The notes: a model not told the origin generated them from the sequence alone. A DNA stretch of 64,000 nucleotides from a virus (IMGVR_UViG_3300037882_002640:30811-94810); one strand, 5' to 3'. Positions 11,456-22,578 are shown, counted from the first letter of the stretch. Translations and numbers: made by a program.

Positions 11456-11796
11456 AGTTTTCTTACTATTGTTTCGTATTCCTCTAGTTTTTTCAGTATC
11501 CACTCGTAAGTTCCAGCAAATACTTCAAACACAGGATAACCTTTTCTGTTAGTGTTAATTATCAGTATTGCTGGTAAGTTAGTGTAGGCGCTTGAAATGT
11601 TTAAACTTATGTTTATAGTGCGGGACTGTTCTGACTTATCATTGGTAATAGTTAACCTAGCAAGCTTTTTTTCTAAAGTCAGCCCCTTAATTTTCATGTC
11701 TTTGGCTAACTTTTCATAATCAATTTGGCGTATCCCCCCTGAAAAAATGACAACCCCAATGCCCACTTTAATCCACTTGTTACTATTTCTTTTCAT
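11452..11796 (-). CDS. Hypothetical protein, paralog of 11793-12143
   Basis: ATGA-coupled on both sides; shares the W.K.G, GL.LEK and LP.I.+I...RKG patterns with its neighbour. Confidence 0.7.
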   Translation of the reverse strand: MKRNSNKWIKVGIGVVIFSGGIRQIDYEKLAKDMKIKGLTLEKKLARLTITNDKSEQSRTINISLNISSAYTNLPAILIINTNRKGYPVFEVFAGTYEWILKKLEEYETIVRKL

Positions 11797-12143
11797 AATC
11801 TACGCAATTTTTGTTCAGTTAACTCCATGACATGTGCGACACTGCGCATAGTTCCATGCACTGCCTTGTATAATGATTGCCCTTTTCTAGTTACATCAAT
11901 AACTGCAATATCGGGCAACATGAAAGACCAGCCATTACTTCTAATTTTCATTACGCGAGGTTCGGCACCTTCCACCATCTTTTTCAGTTTTAGAGTATCC
12001 CCAATCTTTTCAAGAAGGAGCCCTCTTTTTTTAAGATCTTCGCAAAGTACAGCAAATTCAGCTTCACTTTCTATGGCTCCCCCCACTATGAGCAACCAAT
12101 TACCTATTTTGTACCATCTTTTGACTATAATTTTACCTTGCAT
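11793..12143 (-). CDS. Hypothetical protein, paralog of 11452-11796
   Basis: ORF in a tight operon, TGA stop in an ATGA overlap. Confidence 0.7.
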   Translation of the reverse strand: MQGKIIVKRWYKIGNWLLIVGGAIESEAEFAVLCEDLKKRGLLLEKIGDTLKLKKMVEGAEPRVMKIRSNGWSFMLPDIAVIDVTRKGQSLYKAVHGTMRSVAHVMELTEQKLRRL

Positions 12144-12516
12144 TATTAAGATGTTTTAAAATTAAGTTAACTAATTGTGTGTCTTTAGGCATACCATCAG
12201 GACTGAGGTTAGACTTAGGTAATTTCTTTCTAAGCCTACTAAGTATGATGTAATCTCTAAATTTCTTATCCCCCAATATGACTGAGCCTAAGGCATCTAA
12301 CTTCCCTTTCTCTTCCTCGTACACTACGATTTCCTCAGGAGATAATTCTATCTTACCAGCCTGATGTAGTATGAGGTACTTGGATGTTACTACTGGAGAT
12401 AGGTTTTGCTTCTCTAGTTCCTCTAAAAGTTTTCTATTGTTTGGATTAGACATTAGCCACACGTATGTGGCTAACAGTATAATGCACAAACTAAGTAAGG
12501 CTACTAGGGTTTTCAT
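12133..12516 (-). CDS. Hypothetical protein with N-terminal membrane anchor
   Basis: Hydrophobic N-terminus; overlapping operon arrangement. Confidence 0.65.
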   Translation of the reverse strand: MKTLVALLSLCIILLATYVWLMSNPNNRKLLEELEKQNLSPVVTSKYLILHQAGKIELSPEEIVVYEEEKGKLDALGSVILGDKKFRDYIILSRLRKKLPKSNLSPDGMPKDTQLVNLILKHLNNAR

Positions 12517-12743
12517 TAGAAGGGTAAAGGATTATCTGCCTCTTCATAATACTGAACGCCCCCACGAGTACCGCTGGGCAAAGATATAATGAAGTCTTGA
12601 TTTTTTGGAATCTCCATATCAGCAGCAGGTACAAGCGTTATCCGCTCATCTATGCTTTCTGGGTAGAATTCTTGGACTAACGCCCCTACAAATTTTCCAG
12701 TAAGGTCAAACAAATGACCTTCTTCGTTTAAATACAAATTCAT
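12516..12743 (-). CDS. Hypothetical protein
   Basis: Coupled to both neighbours; acidic C-terminus ending PLPF. Confidence 0.6.
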   Translation of the reverse strand: MNLYLNEEGHLFDLTGKFVGALVQEFYPESIDERITLVPAADMEIPKNQDFIISLPSGTRGGVQYYEEADNPLPF

Positions 12744-12940
12744 CTTTTTTTATCTTTGTTATGTATGGCGTGAAGGGCAGAATACCATACAAGTAGAACA
12801 AAAGTAACTACTAAAGTAAGGATTAACACCCCTGAACTTTTTATTAGTTTTATCACCCTTATAAACTCTTTTGAAGTTACAAAAGTTATAATCAAATTTA
12901 CAGTGATAAATATTAATATTAGTAGGACTAGCAGAATCAT
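12740..12940 (-). CDS. Small two-TM membrane protein
   Basis: Two hydrophobic helices and a basic tail. Confidence 0.6.
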   Translation of the reverse strand: MILLVLLILIFITVNLIITFVTSKEFIRVIKLIKSSGVLILTLVVTFVLLVWYSALHAIHNKDKKR

Positions 12941-12942
12941 AA

Positions 12943-13260
12943 TTAATATATATTTGATACTTCTTCTAGTAAATGGTTAATTAAATGCCTTCTAAAGACA
13001 AAGATGTTTTTAGAATCTAGGATTTCAGTAATCTCCTCAACGTGTAGCGCTATCCTCAGAGATACTGTATCGGGGCTACCATTAACTTTTATCGCCGTTA
13101 CATCAGCCATAAACTTGTTATGTAGGGATATAATTTGAGCGTTATAAGTTAATGCTCCTATGGCGGATAATTGTTTTTTTGGGGGTTTGCCTCTGTAGAA
13201 GGTCAAATAGCTCCAAACTATTATTAGCGCGAATATGATACTAATTATTGTTGTAATCAT
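12943..13260 (-). CDS. Membrane-anchored hypothetical protein, probable paralog of 13295-13591
   Basis: N-terminal TM; shared Y...I...H..FM..V...K..G pattern. Confidence 0.6.
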   Translation of the reverse strand: MITTIISIIFALIIVWSYLTFYRGKPPKKQLSAIGALTYNAQIISLHNKFMADVTAIKVNGSPDTVSLRIALHVEEITEILDSKNIFVFRRHLINHLLEEVSNIY

Positions 13261-13294
13261 TTTATTTCACTGATTAAATCCATTACGTAAATGG

Positions 13295-13591
13295 TTAGTT
13301 CTTTTTTTTTGATACCCAAGCGTTATTGATATATGTTTGTTCCCTAACATAATTAATATGGTAATCAGTAAGTGTAGGTATTTGATTACCATCACCACTA
13401 CGTTTGTATCTAGCCACACGGTTCATAAATATCCCATGTGCTTCTACTATAGAGGGGGTATACTTCAAAGCCTCTTCTGGGTCTAAAAATTTGCGCGACA
13501 TATTTATATCCAACGCCTTTACAAACTCATGTAGAAGGACTAATACTCCTAAGCCCATGAATGCAAGAAATACAATTTGTTTTGTGTCCAT
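13295..13591 (-). CDS. Membrane-anchored hypothetical protein
   Basis: N-terminal TM; similar to the downstream gene. Confidence 0.6.
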   Translation of the reverse strand: MDTKQIVFLAFMGLGVLVLLHEFVKALDINMSRKFLDPEEALKYTPSIVEAHGIFMNRVARYKRSGDGNQIPTLTDYHINYVREQTYINNAWVSKKKN

Positions 13592-13600
13592 AATTAAAAT

Positions 13601-13634
13601 AAAAAAGGGCCAGTACTTAAATGTACTGGCCCTA
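13601..13634 (-). terminator. Intrinsic terminator after the replication operon
   Basis: AGGGCCAGTAC / GTACTGGCCCT hairpin followed on the minus strand by a T run. Confidence 0.75.
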
Positions 13635-13643
13635 GGTTAGTGA

Positions 13644-14093
13644 TTAGGTTCTTCTTTTTACAATGAGACGCATAGCTAAAAATATTATTCCAGCTATATC
13701 CGCATTCCCTTTCGGGAAGTCTTCCTTTACGAGTTTAGACATTTTCATTCTAATCTCTCCCTCAGTTAGGATGTTGATTGATCCAATCTTGTCCTTGTGC
13801 TTATTATATAACTCTTTGAGGAGTTTAAGGTGTGAGGTGTAGACTTCATCTGTTGTTTCAGTCTTGCCTTCAGGTTTAACTGAGGCATTTTTTCGTAATT
13901 CCGCAAGTTGCTCTGTAGTGATTGCTAATTTATCACAGCAGAACTTTTTAAGCCCTTTATCGTTCACTTCTTTTAGTAGTGCTAGTGCTCTAGTGGTTTG
14001 GGCATCCGTTGGAACTTCAACTTTTTTAGCCTCTGGTTTAGGCTCTGGTTTAGGTGCTGGTTTGCGTCCAAGCAGTGAATCCATTAAACTCAT
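13644..14093 (-). CDS. Hypothetical protein
   Basis: 149-aa ORF in the operon with a Pro/Lys-rich N-terminal linker. Confidence 0.65.
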   Translation of the reverse strand: MSLMDSLLGRKPAPKPEPKPEAKKVEVPTDAQTTRALALLKEVNDKGLKKFCCDKLAITTEQLAELRKNASVKPEGKTETTDEVYTSHLKLLKELYNKHKDKIGSINILTEGEIRMKMSKLVKEDFPKGNADIAGIIFLAMRLIVKRRT

Positions 14094-14547
14094 ATTTTTC
14101 TACTGTTAAATCAGGTATGCTCCAGACTTCTCCTGAAGGATTTAGTGTAATATCAACTCCCTTTAAAGCCCAGTACTCGACCATCGCAGGGTCTGCATCA
14201 AATATCAGCCTATTAGAGTATAGAGGATGGGTGGGGTTCCTAGGAAAGTGTTTGTCCACATAAGTCCTGTCGACTTGTGTGTATTTACCCTTAATAAAGG
14301 GTTCGACAACCTTCTTATAGTCACCCTCGCTTATAGTGAACGTATAAACGGCTTTTTCCCCGTCTCTCTGCATGTTGACGAATGTGGGGGCAGTAGAGAG
14401 TTTGTTATGTGTTTGTTCATCGAAAGTACTATATACTACCTGTAAGGTGTTACCCTCACCAATATAAGTATTTTCAAATGTTTCTGTGGTTAATCCACTA
14501 ACTCCAATGAGTGGAGTCAGGAAAGCTGATGTTTTATTGTACGCCAT
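14050..14547 (-). CDS. Hypothetical protein of the replication module
   Basis: 165-aa ORF overlapping both neighbours. Confidence 0.7.
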   Translation of the reverse strand: MAYNKTSAFLTPLIGVSGLTTETFENTYIGEGNTLQVVYSTFDEQTHNKLSTAPTFVNMQRDGEKAVYTFTISEGDYKKVVEPFIKGKYTQVDRTYVDKHFPRNPTHPLYSNRLIFDADPAMVEYWALKGVDITLNPSGEVWSIPDLTVEKYEFNGFTAWTQTST

Positions 14548-15547
14548 CGAACACGTCTAGTTTTATTACCCCTCCTGAATCGAAGAGATACTTGGGCATA
14601 TCCCAGTAGTCGTTACTGCTATGCCATAGGTAGTCGTCTAATAAGCCCTCTATACCTGGGTATGTCCTGGTGCCTATCTTTCCCCCCTTCAGACCAGCTA
14701 AACGATCGTTGGGGGAAGTGACGAATATTATTGCAGATCTTGTCGATTTCACATTTGTTTCTGCGACTATGAAAACAAAGTCGAGAAGTTTATATCCTTC
14801 CTCTAGTAAGTGCTTTATTGGGGACTGCCCACTGAGCAGCGCTTGCTCATAGAATGCACATTGTCTATAATATCCAAAGGAAAGGAAGGAATCTGGAAAA
14901 TCAAGCACAGATTTGCCTGTTGTCTTTAAATCAAAGGGCTGAATGGTTTTATCAATGTGATTAATTCTAATCCCATCTAATAAAGCTTTACATTCAACAC
15001 CTTTGAAGTCAAAATAAATATCCACCTGGTGCATTAATTCATCCCCATACTCTGACAGTTGAAAGTAACCAATTGTGGGGGGGTTTGATAGTAGTAGTTC
15101 TTTAGCTTTACTTACTGAAGCCATCATATCCTTGGTTAGGAGGATACGCTCATCCTTACTACGCACCTCGTTATAGTACGCTACAGCACTATGATCATTT
15201 CAGAACATCCCAATAACCCTTGTTAAGGAAATTTTATATCCCGATTTATTGTAGGCTTCTTCATAGTCTTCTTTTTGAGACATCGGGGATATACCTTCGG
15301 GTAAGGCGTTAACAAAATTAGCCATGAAGCTAGTCGGCTTTTCTATATCCACTACCCTAAAATCTTCCTCTCAACGCTCTGGTGAGGTTAGAAGACAATC
15401 CACTGCTGCGCCTACACTAAAGAAGGATTTCTCCTCTTCCACTATTACCCCATCCATCTGAAGTTTCATGTAGCGGGGATTTTGTAGCGCTGAGAGCAGG
15501 GAGTTTGATACCCTCTTGGTTTGGAAGTATTGTTTTATCTTGTCCAC
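14534..15547 (-). CDS. PD-(D/E)xK exonuclease-like protein (RecE/Cas4-like), with two in-frame TGA
   Basis: GTG start at 15547; in-frame TGA at 15371-15373 and 15200-15202. Motifs VSNSLL, GAAVDCLLT, CKALLD, FDLKTT, YYRQCAFY. Confidence 0.8.
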
Positions 15548-15914
15548 CTAGTTCTTTTATGATTTCTATACATTCGTCTAATTGTTTATTGTTCCTAGGC
15601 ATTAATAATGTATAAGGAGCACCTAAGGTGTGGAGCATATGTTTAAACAATTTCCACCTCAAATCGAAATCAGGGCGTCTATGCCCCTTTACCTCCATTA
15701 TCCAGTTACTACCCACAAAGTCTGGTTTATAGGTTATTGGCAAGACCAATTTCCTTTTCTTTACCAATTGCCTACCTCTTCCTTCGTAAACATCTCCTTC
15801 AAAACTGAACTGAGGCGAAAGAATTATACTCACAGGTTCGTAAGTAAAACTTATATTCGCCTCAGTCAGTTTGTCTCATGCCCTATCTTCCAAGGGGGAT
15901 CTCAATTTTTGCAT
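15417..15914 (-). CDS. Endonuclease I-like / Holliday junction resolvase (PD-(D/E)xK), with one in-frame TGA
   Basis: ATG at 15914; LRSPLEDRA*DKL...FTYEP, then YKPDF...MEVKG; TGA at 15876-15878. Confidence 0.75.
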
Positions 15915-16603
15915 TACTTTAATGACACTGGACCTCTTAGTGCCCCAGTATTTTCAATCTGCTCTACTGCTTCTTCTACCGCGTCCTCGACAATTACTTC
16001 TGCTATAGCCCCCACTATTCTATCTTCCATGGCGTTTTTTACAATGTATGGAATCAACTCTTTAGGCACTTCGCCTATTTCCAGAGTATTGGCATCCACC
16101 ACTGAGTACCCTCCATTCGGGGCTTTAGCAAGTACAACCACCGCTATTGCTAGGTCTAAAGCCCTGGCCACGCCCATAGCTGTTTTTGCAGCGTGCGGAT
16201 TCACTTGTTCGTGATTCACTACCCCATGTTTAACGTAGTTCGTAGGGTCGCCCAAGTACACTTTTCCTTGGGAAGCTGCTGCAGGACATACTGTGACAGA
16301 GGTTACGGTTTTAGGATTAACATTCGCCTGAATGATTGACCCTGGGGTTTCAGCGTGTTTACCAATGGAGGTTAACTTCTGTATGAAACCGCCTCCCATT
16401 TCGCCGATTTGACCACCTGCCATGATACGTGTACCATACCCACAATCAAGTGAATCTAATTCTCTCTCAGAGAAGGAGTTCCCGACAGGTAGATAACTTG
16501 GCACGTTGAAGCCAGTCTTCTTGGCCAACTCCATCAGCATCAATTTATCTTGTGTCAGTGCTTGGTCCTCTTCGAGGATGTTTAATAGATTTTGCATATG
16601 CAT
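15914..16603 (-). CDS. Hypothetical protein
   Basis: 229-aa ORF, TAATG-coupled to the endonuclease. Confidence 0.7.
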   Translation of the reverse strand: MHMQNLLNILEEDQALTQDKLMLMELAKKTGFNVPSYLPVGNSFSERELDSLDCGYGTRIMAGGQIGEMGGGFIQKLTSIGKHAETPGSIIQANVNPKTVTSVTVCPAAASQGKVYLGDPTNYVKHGVVNHEQVNPHAAKTAMGVARALDLAIAVVVLAKAPNGGYSVVDANTLEIGEVPKELIPYIVKNAMEDRIVGAIAEVIVEDAVEEAVEQIENTGALRGPVSLK

Positions 16604-16611
16604 ATTAACAG

Positions 16612-16905
16612 TTAAAATTTTAAAATTTCAAAATAAATCGTGTCCGCTATGGATTCTCCTTGGTCGTACCTGTAGTACTGCATGGAGTCCTGCATAATTT
16701 CTTGCACTACTATACGCCTATCGAAACGAGTGACCCCGAATTCTACCAGCGTATCCCTCACCACCTCTTCTCCCCTGTCAGAATGCTCTGTGTAAACTAT
16801 TGTTGTTTTTTGAGTGTACGTTGTGGGGTTAACAGCATGTACTAAAAGTGCAGTTAAAAAAGCAGTCACGATAATCACGATGATTGCGCTAATATGGGAC
16901 TTCAT
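16612..16905 (-). CDS. Exported or membrane-anchored hypothetical protein
   Basis: Hydrophobic N-terminus. Confidence 0.55.
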   Translation of the reverse strand: MKSHISAIIVIIVTAFLTALLVHAVNPTTYTQKTTIVYTEHSDRGEEVVRDTLVEFGVTRFDRRIVVQEIMQDSMQYYRYDQGESIADTIYFEILKF

Positions 16906-17893
16906 AGTTTGAATTTGTTGTTTTTAGCACTTTGGACAAGCGCTTTTTTAAGTAGCGAAATGAAAAGTGGCTTTTCCGCAATTTCACTAAATCTGATATG
17001 TCCTTCGCTGCATATAAGAACATTAGTTTTAAACGATATTCTCCGCTCAATCTGTGTCCATGCTTAAGACCGCTCTCATCGTTATCATACAACACTACGA
17101 TATGTTCAAACCTTTCTTTCAAATTGTTGAATAAATCCTCAAAAATCCCATCTCGATAGCCCATACCCTCTCCATTAAACGAAATCGCAGGAATCCCCAT
17201 TTCATAGAGAACCATCACATCCTTCATAGACTTTGTAACTATTAGAAGTTTGCCCTTTTTAGGGAGTTGCTGTAAACCAGCTATGTCGTCTATAGACGAA
17301 TTGCCTCTTCATTTCTTAGTCTTATCTGGACTCAATGGCCTATATAATTTGATTCTTCCTGATGGAAAGTAATAAGCAAAAATTGGATTGTCGGTAGTCG
17401 CTCGAAATTGTATTTTCTTATTTCTGTACACGCTCTGGACGCCATGTACATTAAACTTCTTTAGAGTCTCTGGCGTGATCCCAAACAGGGAAAAGTATGG
17501 GTGTAATTTTTCGGAAACTACTACATCAAGCTCCACATCCTCTTCCTCCAACTTGCTTACATTTACAGCCTTAATCAAGTTTCGATCTTCTCTTATTTTC
17601 TCCAACGCATGTGCATAAGTGAGGTTGTACTTGCACCGAACTATTGATGCCCACGAGTAGTGCACTCCAGTCGCAAAGTCATGAAAGAACAAGGTATCAT
17701 TTTTACTGTAGTAAAAACCGCAACTAGGATTATTATCTTTCCTTAGTGGATTGCGGAAAAGCACACCCAATTTTATCTCTAGACCTAAATAGAAGCTAAG
17801 AATTTGCTCCTGAGTTAAGTCCAGGTAGGTTTTGGTTGTTATTATTCAGTCTTTAGCTCTGAATTGTAGTGATTGGTTCGTATGGTTCGACAC
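16889..17893 (-). CDS. DNA primase (Zn-finger plus TOPRIM), with two in-frame TGA
   Basis: ORF-track pieces 17309-17770 and 16889-17227 share a frame and join through KK*RGN (TGA 17309-17311). A second TGA at 17846-17848 (AKD*II) follows a GTG at 17893, so the start is less certain. Motifs NPLRKDNNPSC, TKSMKDVM, YDNDESG. Confidence 0.85.
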
Positions 17894-18128
17894 TTGATTT
17901 TGTTATTTCTACTGTATTTAATCTCTTTGTTTCCATAAGATAACACTCAATTTGCCATATTGGGCAGATGTACGGGGACACTACTCGTATCCCCGTACCA
18001 CCTACTTTTTTGTTTAGACTGTTAACTCCTGAATAGGAGAACCTTACGACTACAAATTCATTGATTTGCTCTTGAACTACTTGTATTATCTCCTCGCTGT
18101 TCTTCTTTAAGAAATCTGATACTTTCAT
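17853..18128 (-). CDS. Hypothetical protein
   Basis: 91-aa ATG ORF in the operon. Confidence 0.55.
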   Translation of the reverse strand: MKVSDFLKKNSEEIIQVVQEQINEFVVVRFSYSGVNSLNKKVGGTGIRVVSPYICPIWQIECYLMETKRLNTVEITKSSVEPYEPITTIQS

Positions 18129-18283
18129 ATAGCGTGGCTATTGGTGGGTAGAATTTGCGGACATAAACATCCTTTCTATTCACCCTAGTGGAATGATGCA
18201 TTTTTAATACTAGAAACAGGAAAATTCCAGCTTCTCGTGTACTCAGCCCCAGACTTCTCATAGTTTCATTCCACACCTCAAGG

Positions 18284-18871
18284 TTAGAATGGGTGGTCAG
18301 GGGCTTCTTCTTTTTTACCGTCTGAGTTGCTACTTGCAATGTCTTTGAGTTCTTTTTGTGAAAAATTTAAAGTTGAGGGGACCCCTTCTGTGTACAATTC
18401 CATATACCCATTGTATGCTGGTATGTTAGCATACACAGTGGTTCCACCCTCTTTCTTTTTGGTTACTTTAGGTACAACCTTTAGATTTACCTTTGTCCCT
18501 TTAAAGCCGTTGGTTATAGTGATTGCTTTTTCTGCAAATTCCGTGTACGTTTTCGCGGTTAATTTGTCTATGCTCGCTTCGTCCCCTACTACACTTAGTA
18601 CGTAGGTCAGTGCGACCACATTTCTGTGTTGTTCCCGTTCAAGCGCTTCGGCGGGAGTTTCCATCACTTTATCAGCCTTCTCGAAAGGCATTGCGCCAGT
18701 TGGTTTGAACAACCGTTTACGCGCAAACCGTTTTTCTGTATCTATAAATGTGATATCTATGGAGTCTCCATCCTTTACCAGTCCGCTAAAGGTTACACCT
18801 TCGTGTATCCCTACTGGTATACTACCTACCGACGCTAGGTCGCTCTCGAAAATTAATTTTGCTTGAAACAT
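18284..18871 (-). CDS. Putative single-stranded DNA-binding protein
   Basis: Follows the Sak4-like ATPase; acidic tail ending EEAPDHPF. Function is inferred from context. Confidence 0.55.
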   Translation of the reverse strand: MFQAKLIFESDLASVGSIPVGIHEGVTFSGLVKDGDSIDITFIDTEKRFARKRLFKPTGAMPFEKADKVMETPAEALEREQHRNVVALTYVLSVVGDEASIDKLTAKTYTEFAEKAITITNGFKGTKVNLKVVPKVTKKKEGGTTVYANIPAYNGYMELYTEGVPSTLNFSQKELKDIASSNSDGKKEEAPDHPF

Positions 18872-18875
18872 TGTT

Positions 18876-19535
18876 TTATCCTTCTTTTTCTATAATTGTG
18901 TCCACAACGAACTTCAAGTCGTTGGGAATTCTTGGTGGGAATACTCCCATCACAGACCTAGCCTCATTTATTCCGTTAGAATTGGTCTGTAATTCATAAA
19001 GTGGCTCTCCAGCGTCAAAAGTTAGATCTGTATAGAGATTGTATGTGAGAAATGAATTCAGGTTAATCTTAGTGAGCTTCTTGCCATTAGTTTTTATCCT
19101 TAAGCATTGCGCACCATTCATCTCGTAAGCCTCTACATGAGACATTACGATTACTGTAAAATCTTCCCGACTCAAGTCTCTAATTGCTTTAAACAGATCA
19201 TAGACCTCGCTTGCTAAGTCAGCCCATTGGTCTCTTGATGGGTTCTTGAGTATCTCCATCTCTGCATTTGTCATTAAAGTAGAGATGGTGTCAATAACTA
19301 CTACCTTAACTTCTGGCACCTTATCATGGATACTCTTTACAAAAGTCTCAGCTTGCTTTGCAGTGCTGACCTTAAAGTAATTTTTATTTGCAGTATTGTA
19401 ATCTTTCTTTCACCCCACCCAAGCCATTCCTTTGCCATCGCCATCTAGGAATACTGTGCTTTTAGGATCTAACGTCATTACTCCTGTGGTCTTCCCTGTT
19501 GATGGGAATCCCGAAATCATTATTAATCTACTCAT
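18876..19535 (-). CDS. AAA_24/Sak4-like P-loop ATPase, with one in-frame TGA
   Basis: ATG at 19535; Walker A GFPSTGKT lies upstream of the TGA at 19410-19412 (MAWVG*KKDYN); Walker B VVVIDT lies downstream. Confidence 0.85.
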
Positions 19536-20526
19536 TTGGGTTTCTCTCGCTTATTTGGTTCTTATTGAATTGCTCTATACATGCTATCACTACTGGAGTT
19601 CCAAACCGCTCCTTAATAACATGCAGATATATCATGGATTTATTTAGAGTGGGGTGTATTACTGGAAGTCCATGTGGAAACCCATCTCTTGGGGGCCCAT
19701 AGTATGCACCCATTCCTGAAACCACCACAGGCCTATGAAGTATCACAACATAATCAGAGCATTGATACGCTGAAGATGATGCGAATAAGTCATTCTGGGT
19801 GGGGTAGTGTAATTTAGGGTTTGATACCCTCTCGTTACTTTGTATATCACGATTAAGTTGAGACAAAAGTACGAACATTATTTTGATATTTTCGTGTGAA
19901 AAATGTTTTTTTAATTCCACGAGTGATAAATAAAGTTCGTCCACCCTTTGCTTTTCAGCCTCTCCTTTATTGTTTTTAGTTAGGAGGGTGTGATCAATAG
20001 TCACTACTAATCCTTTGTTTTCACTTTGGAGATTTCTAACCTCAGCAAAATTAAGTATTGTCTGAGTAATATCTCTCGCTGTACCAACCTTATCTACATA
20101 GAATATAGGCAGCAAAGCAATATTCTCAACTTCATTCTCAATTTTGTTGTATAAATCCTGTGATATTGGAGTTTCAGAGGAATATATTTCCTTTAGGCCT
20201 ACACCTAAACTGCTAGATAAATCTCTAGCAATTTGGTCTTCCATGCGCATCTCGAACTCAAACGAAAGTATTTCAAAATTCTGGTCTTTGTTCAACGCAA
20301 TGAAATCTCTTCGCAACTCTGATAAGAATGTGGACTTACCACTTCCTGGCAAGCCCGCAACTGTTGTTATCCTTCACCAATCAAGGCCATTCAAGAAAGT
20401 CTTGTTAAACTTACTTTTAGAGGTCTTAAGTGACTTTATCTCCCCTGTTCGTAGAGAATGGATAAATTTCTTGGAAGAGGTAGCTGCATGAGATATGTGT
20501 CTTACATTAAGCGAGATCTGTTCCAT
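19528..20526 (-). CDS. dnaB: DnaB-like replicative helicase, with one in-frame TGA
   Basis: ATG at 20526; GLDW*RITTVAGLPGSGKS (TGA 20374-20376); motifs FEFEM, IDHTLL, LSQLNR, KERFG. Confidence 0.88.
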
Positions 20527-21046
20527 AGGTTACCGTTCTTGCTGGGGCTGCCACTTCGTAATCTAGAAACGTTTTAGACTTCAGAAAACTACTAGGCCCC
20601 TTCATATATGTAACTTTGTTTTCAGTATAGGAAGTTTTCTTTAGATATTCATAGTAGGCTTTAAGCCCTTCTATTATCACATCGAGGTCATACCTTAACC
20701 TCGCTTTAGTAAACTCTAGTTTAGATTCATCTCGATTTGTCCGTATGACTCTAGTTGACTCAAATCTGCCAAAACTATTGTCAAGAGGGTATGCCTTTCA
20801 GAACTTCTCGAACTCATCCTCATCAGATTCTACCCCACCTTCTAATTCTGTTACTAAAACATAGAAAGTGTTGGTGAGGTTACCAGCCCTATCTAAAAAC
20901 CCTAAAGTTTTCATTTTATTCATACTCTCTGTTGTTGGGTAGTTACCCCAATCCTCGTCTAAATACAGAGAGTAAAGATACGCAAATTCTTCTAAATCAA
21001 GAAGTAATTTCGTAACCGTTTTGTATAATTTATTAGTAAAATACAT
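20507..21046 (-). CDS. Putative replication initiator / replisome organizer, with one in-frame TGA
   Basis: FEKF*KAYP (TGA 20798-20800) restores the F..FW..YP motif of phage initiator C-terminal domains; open to TAA at 20507 with YMKGPSSFL; lies directly upstream of dnaB. Confidence 0.7.
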
Positions 21047-21299
21047 ATTCTTTTATGCCTTCTCGACCATTCGTTATATGGTCGAGTTCCGCTCTTTTTA
21101 GATCATCTATTGCTTTACCCCACGTTTCCCACAAATCTTTAGTCTGTTGGGAACCGTTGCTGGAGACCAGTACTTTCCGTTTACCTCCCTTCAAATAGTA
21201 ATATATCTGAACATTCCATAAACCCTCATTTCTGTAGACATGTATTTTGTAATCCTTGTAGTTGAACTTTATGTTATCTTTGATATTTTTTTTTGCCAT
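21033..21299 (-). CDS. Hypothetical protein
   Basis: 88-aa ORF in the operon. Confidence 0.6.
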   Translation of the reverse strand: MAKKNIKDNIKFNYKDYKIHVYRNEGLWNVQIYYYLKGGKRKVLVSSNGSQQTKDLWETWGKAIDDLKRAELDHITNGREGIKEYVFY

Positions 21300-21301
21300 A
21301 C

Positions 21302-21529
21302 CTAGTAACGAAATAATATTTTTTCCAGGGATTCACATTCATCCTGTATATTGTAGTACAGAGAGAAATTTATGTCATACTCCCTAATAGATTTAGCTTC
21401 ATCCTTTTTTCCTGGGTAGGAGCCTACAAAAAAGTAACATATCACAGTGTTTGTATTGTTACTTGGCCTGTACTGGCTAGTTACCTGCACGCAAAACCTA
21501 CCAATATGGATAACTTTTATCTCCTCCAT
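21302..21529 (-). CDS. Hypothetical protein
   Basis: 75-aa ORF coupled to the upstream gene. Confidence 0.55.
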   Translation of the reverse strand: MEEIKVIHIGRFCVQVTSQYRPSNNTNTVICYFFVGSYPGKKDEAKSIREYDINFSLYYNIQDECESLEKILFRY

Positions 21530-22578
21530 TAGAAAGGGTAATCCAAATCAAAATCAATTTTTCTTTGTAAATTGAAATCAGGTTTAATAGTTTCAAGTTT
21601 TAGCACTTTGGTTACATTATGGTTATGAAATACCATCTTGTAGATGTAGTCTCTTTTGTTGTTAAAGACATAAACCACTTTGTCTGCGCTTCTTTTTACT
21701 ATGATGGGGGCCTTACCTTCGTGATTGCAGATCTTGCAAAGGTATGACTGGCCTTTTAAGTCCCAGTCTAGTTGTTCCCTGCTAAGCATCAAGTCAATTT
21801 CTTGTACTATATCACATTCACAGGTGAAGTGATTATACCTTTGAGTAACTCCTATACCTATAGTGTATGGGCTCATTCTTGAGTCGTGTGCTCTTTGGAT
21901 CGCTGTACATTCACCACAAAGATATGTATAATCTGCGATGACTGCAAATTTTCTCCAACTTTTTTCAGAGTTATCAATGAGATAATCTTCGTTGCAGTGT
22001 GCGCACACTCTGCTGTAACTCCTAAAGGAAAAGAGGTTCTCTCTTTTCCTACCGCTTGTATTTTTGATAAATGTTTCACAACTATCACAAACTTTAACTC
22101 TGCCTCCTGTAGTTTCGTTGTTCAAGTTAGAGTATTCCCTAGATACTGGTATATTTACTATTATCGAAAACATAGGCATGGCAGTTTCACAGAGGATACA
22201 GTACTCACTAAGGTCCATACCATCATAATATTTAGCATGTGAGTAGTAGTTACCTAATCGTGGAAGACCATAATTATGTATCATAGTATACCTGTCCAAG
22301 ATTTTATGATTCTTTCTTTCCATGACTTTCTTTTTTTCTGTTTTGATGCTATTTTGACATTCTTCGCAGGCAAATATGTGAAGGTTAAGTTCATTATACT
22401 CACTTGTAGACATAGAGTGTGTTGTCCTCACTTCATTTACGTGGAAGTAACACTCTCCCATTCTCGCCCCTGCCGTGACATTAGGCAACCATGTGTCATC
22501 AACAAACCTAAAGTCATGTTCAATGTACCGTCTTAGCCTCCAAGGGTATCTGGGGAGGTCGGAATTGATTTCAACCAT
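21529..22578 (-). CDS. Multi-CxxC (zinc-finger-like) hypothetical protein
   Basis: CEEC, CILC, CDSC, CAHC, CGEC and CKIC motifs. Confidence 0.65.
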   Translation of the reverse strand: MVEINSDLPRYPWRLRRYIEHDFRFVDDTWLPNVTAGARMGECYFHVNEVRTTHSMSTSEYNELNLHIFACEECQNSIKTEKKKVMERKNHKILDRYTMIHNYGLPRLGNYYSHAKYYDGMDLSEYCILCETAMPMFSIIVNIPVSREYSNLNNETTGGRVKVCDSCETFIKNTSGRKRENLFSFRSYSRVCAHCNEDYLIDNSEKSWRKFAVIADYTYLCGECTAIQRAHDSRMSPYTIGIGVTQRYNHFTCECDIVQEIDLMLSREQLDWDLKGQSYLCKICNHEGKAPIIVKRSADKVVYVFNNKRDYIYKMVFHNHNVTKVLKLETIKPDFNLQRKIDFDLDYPF

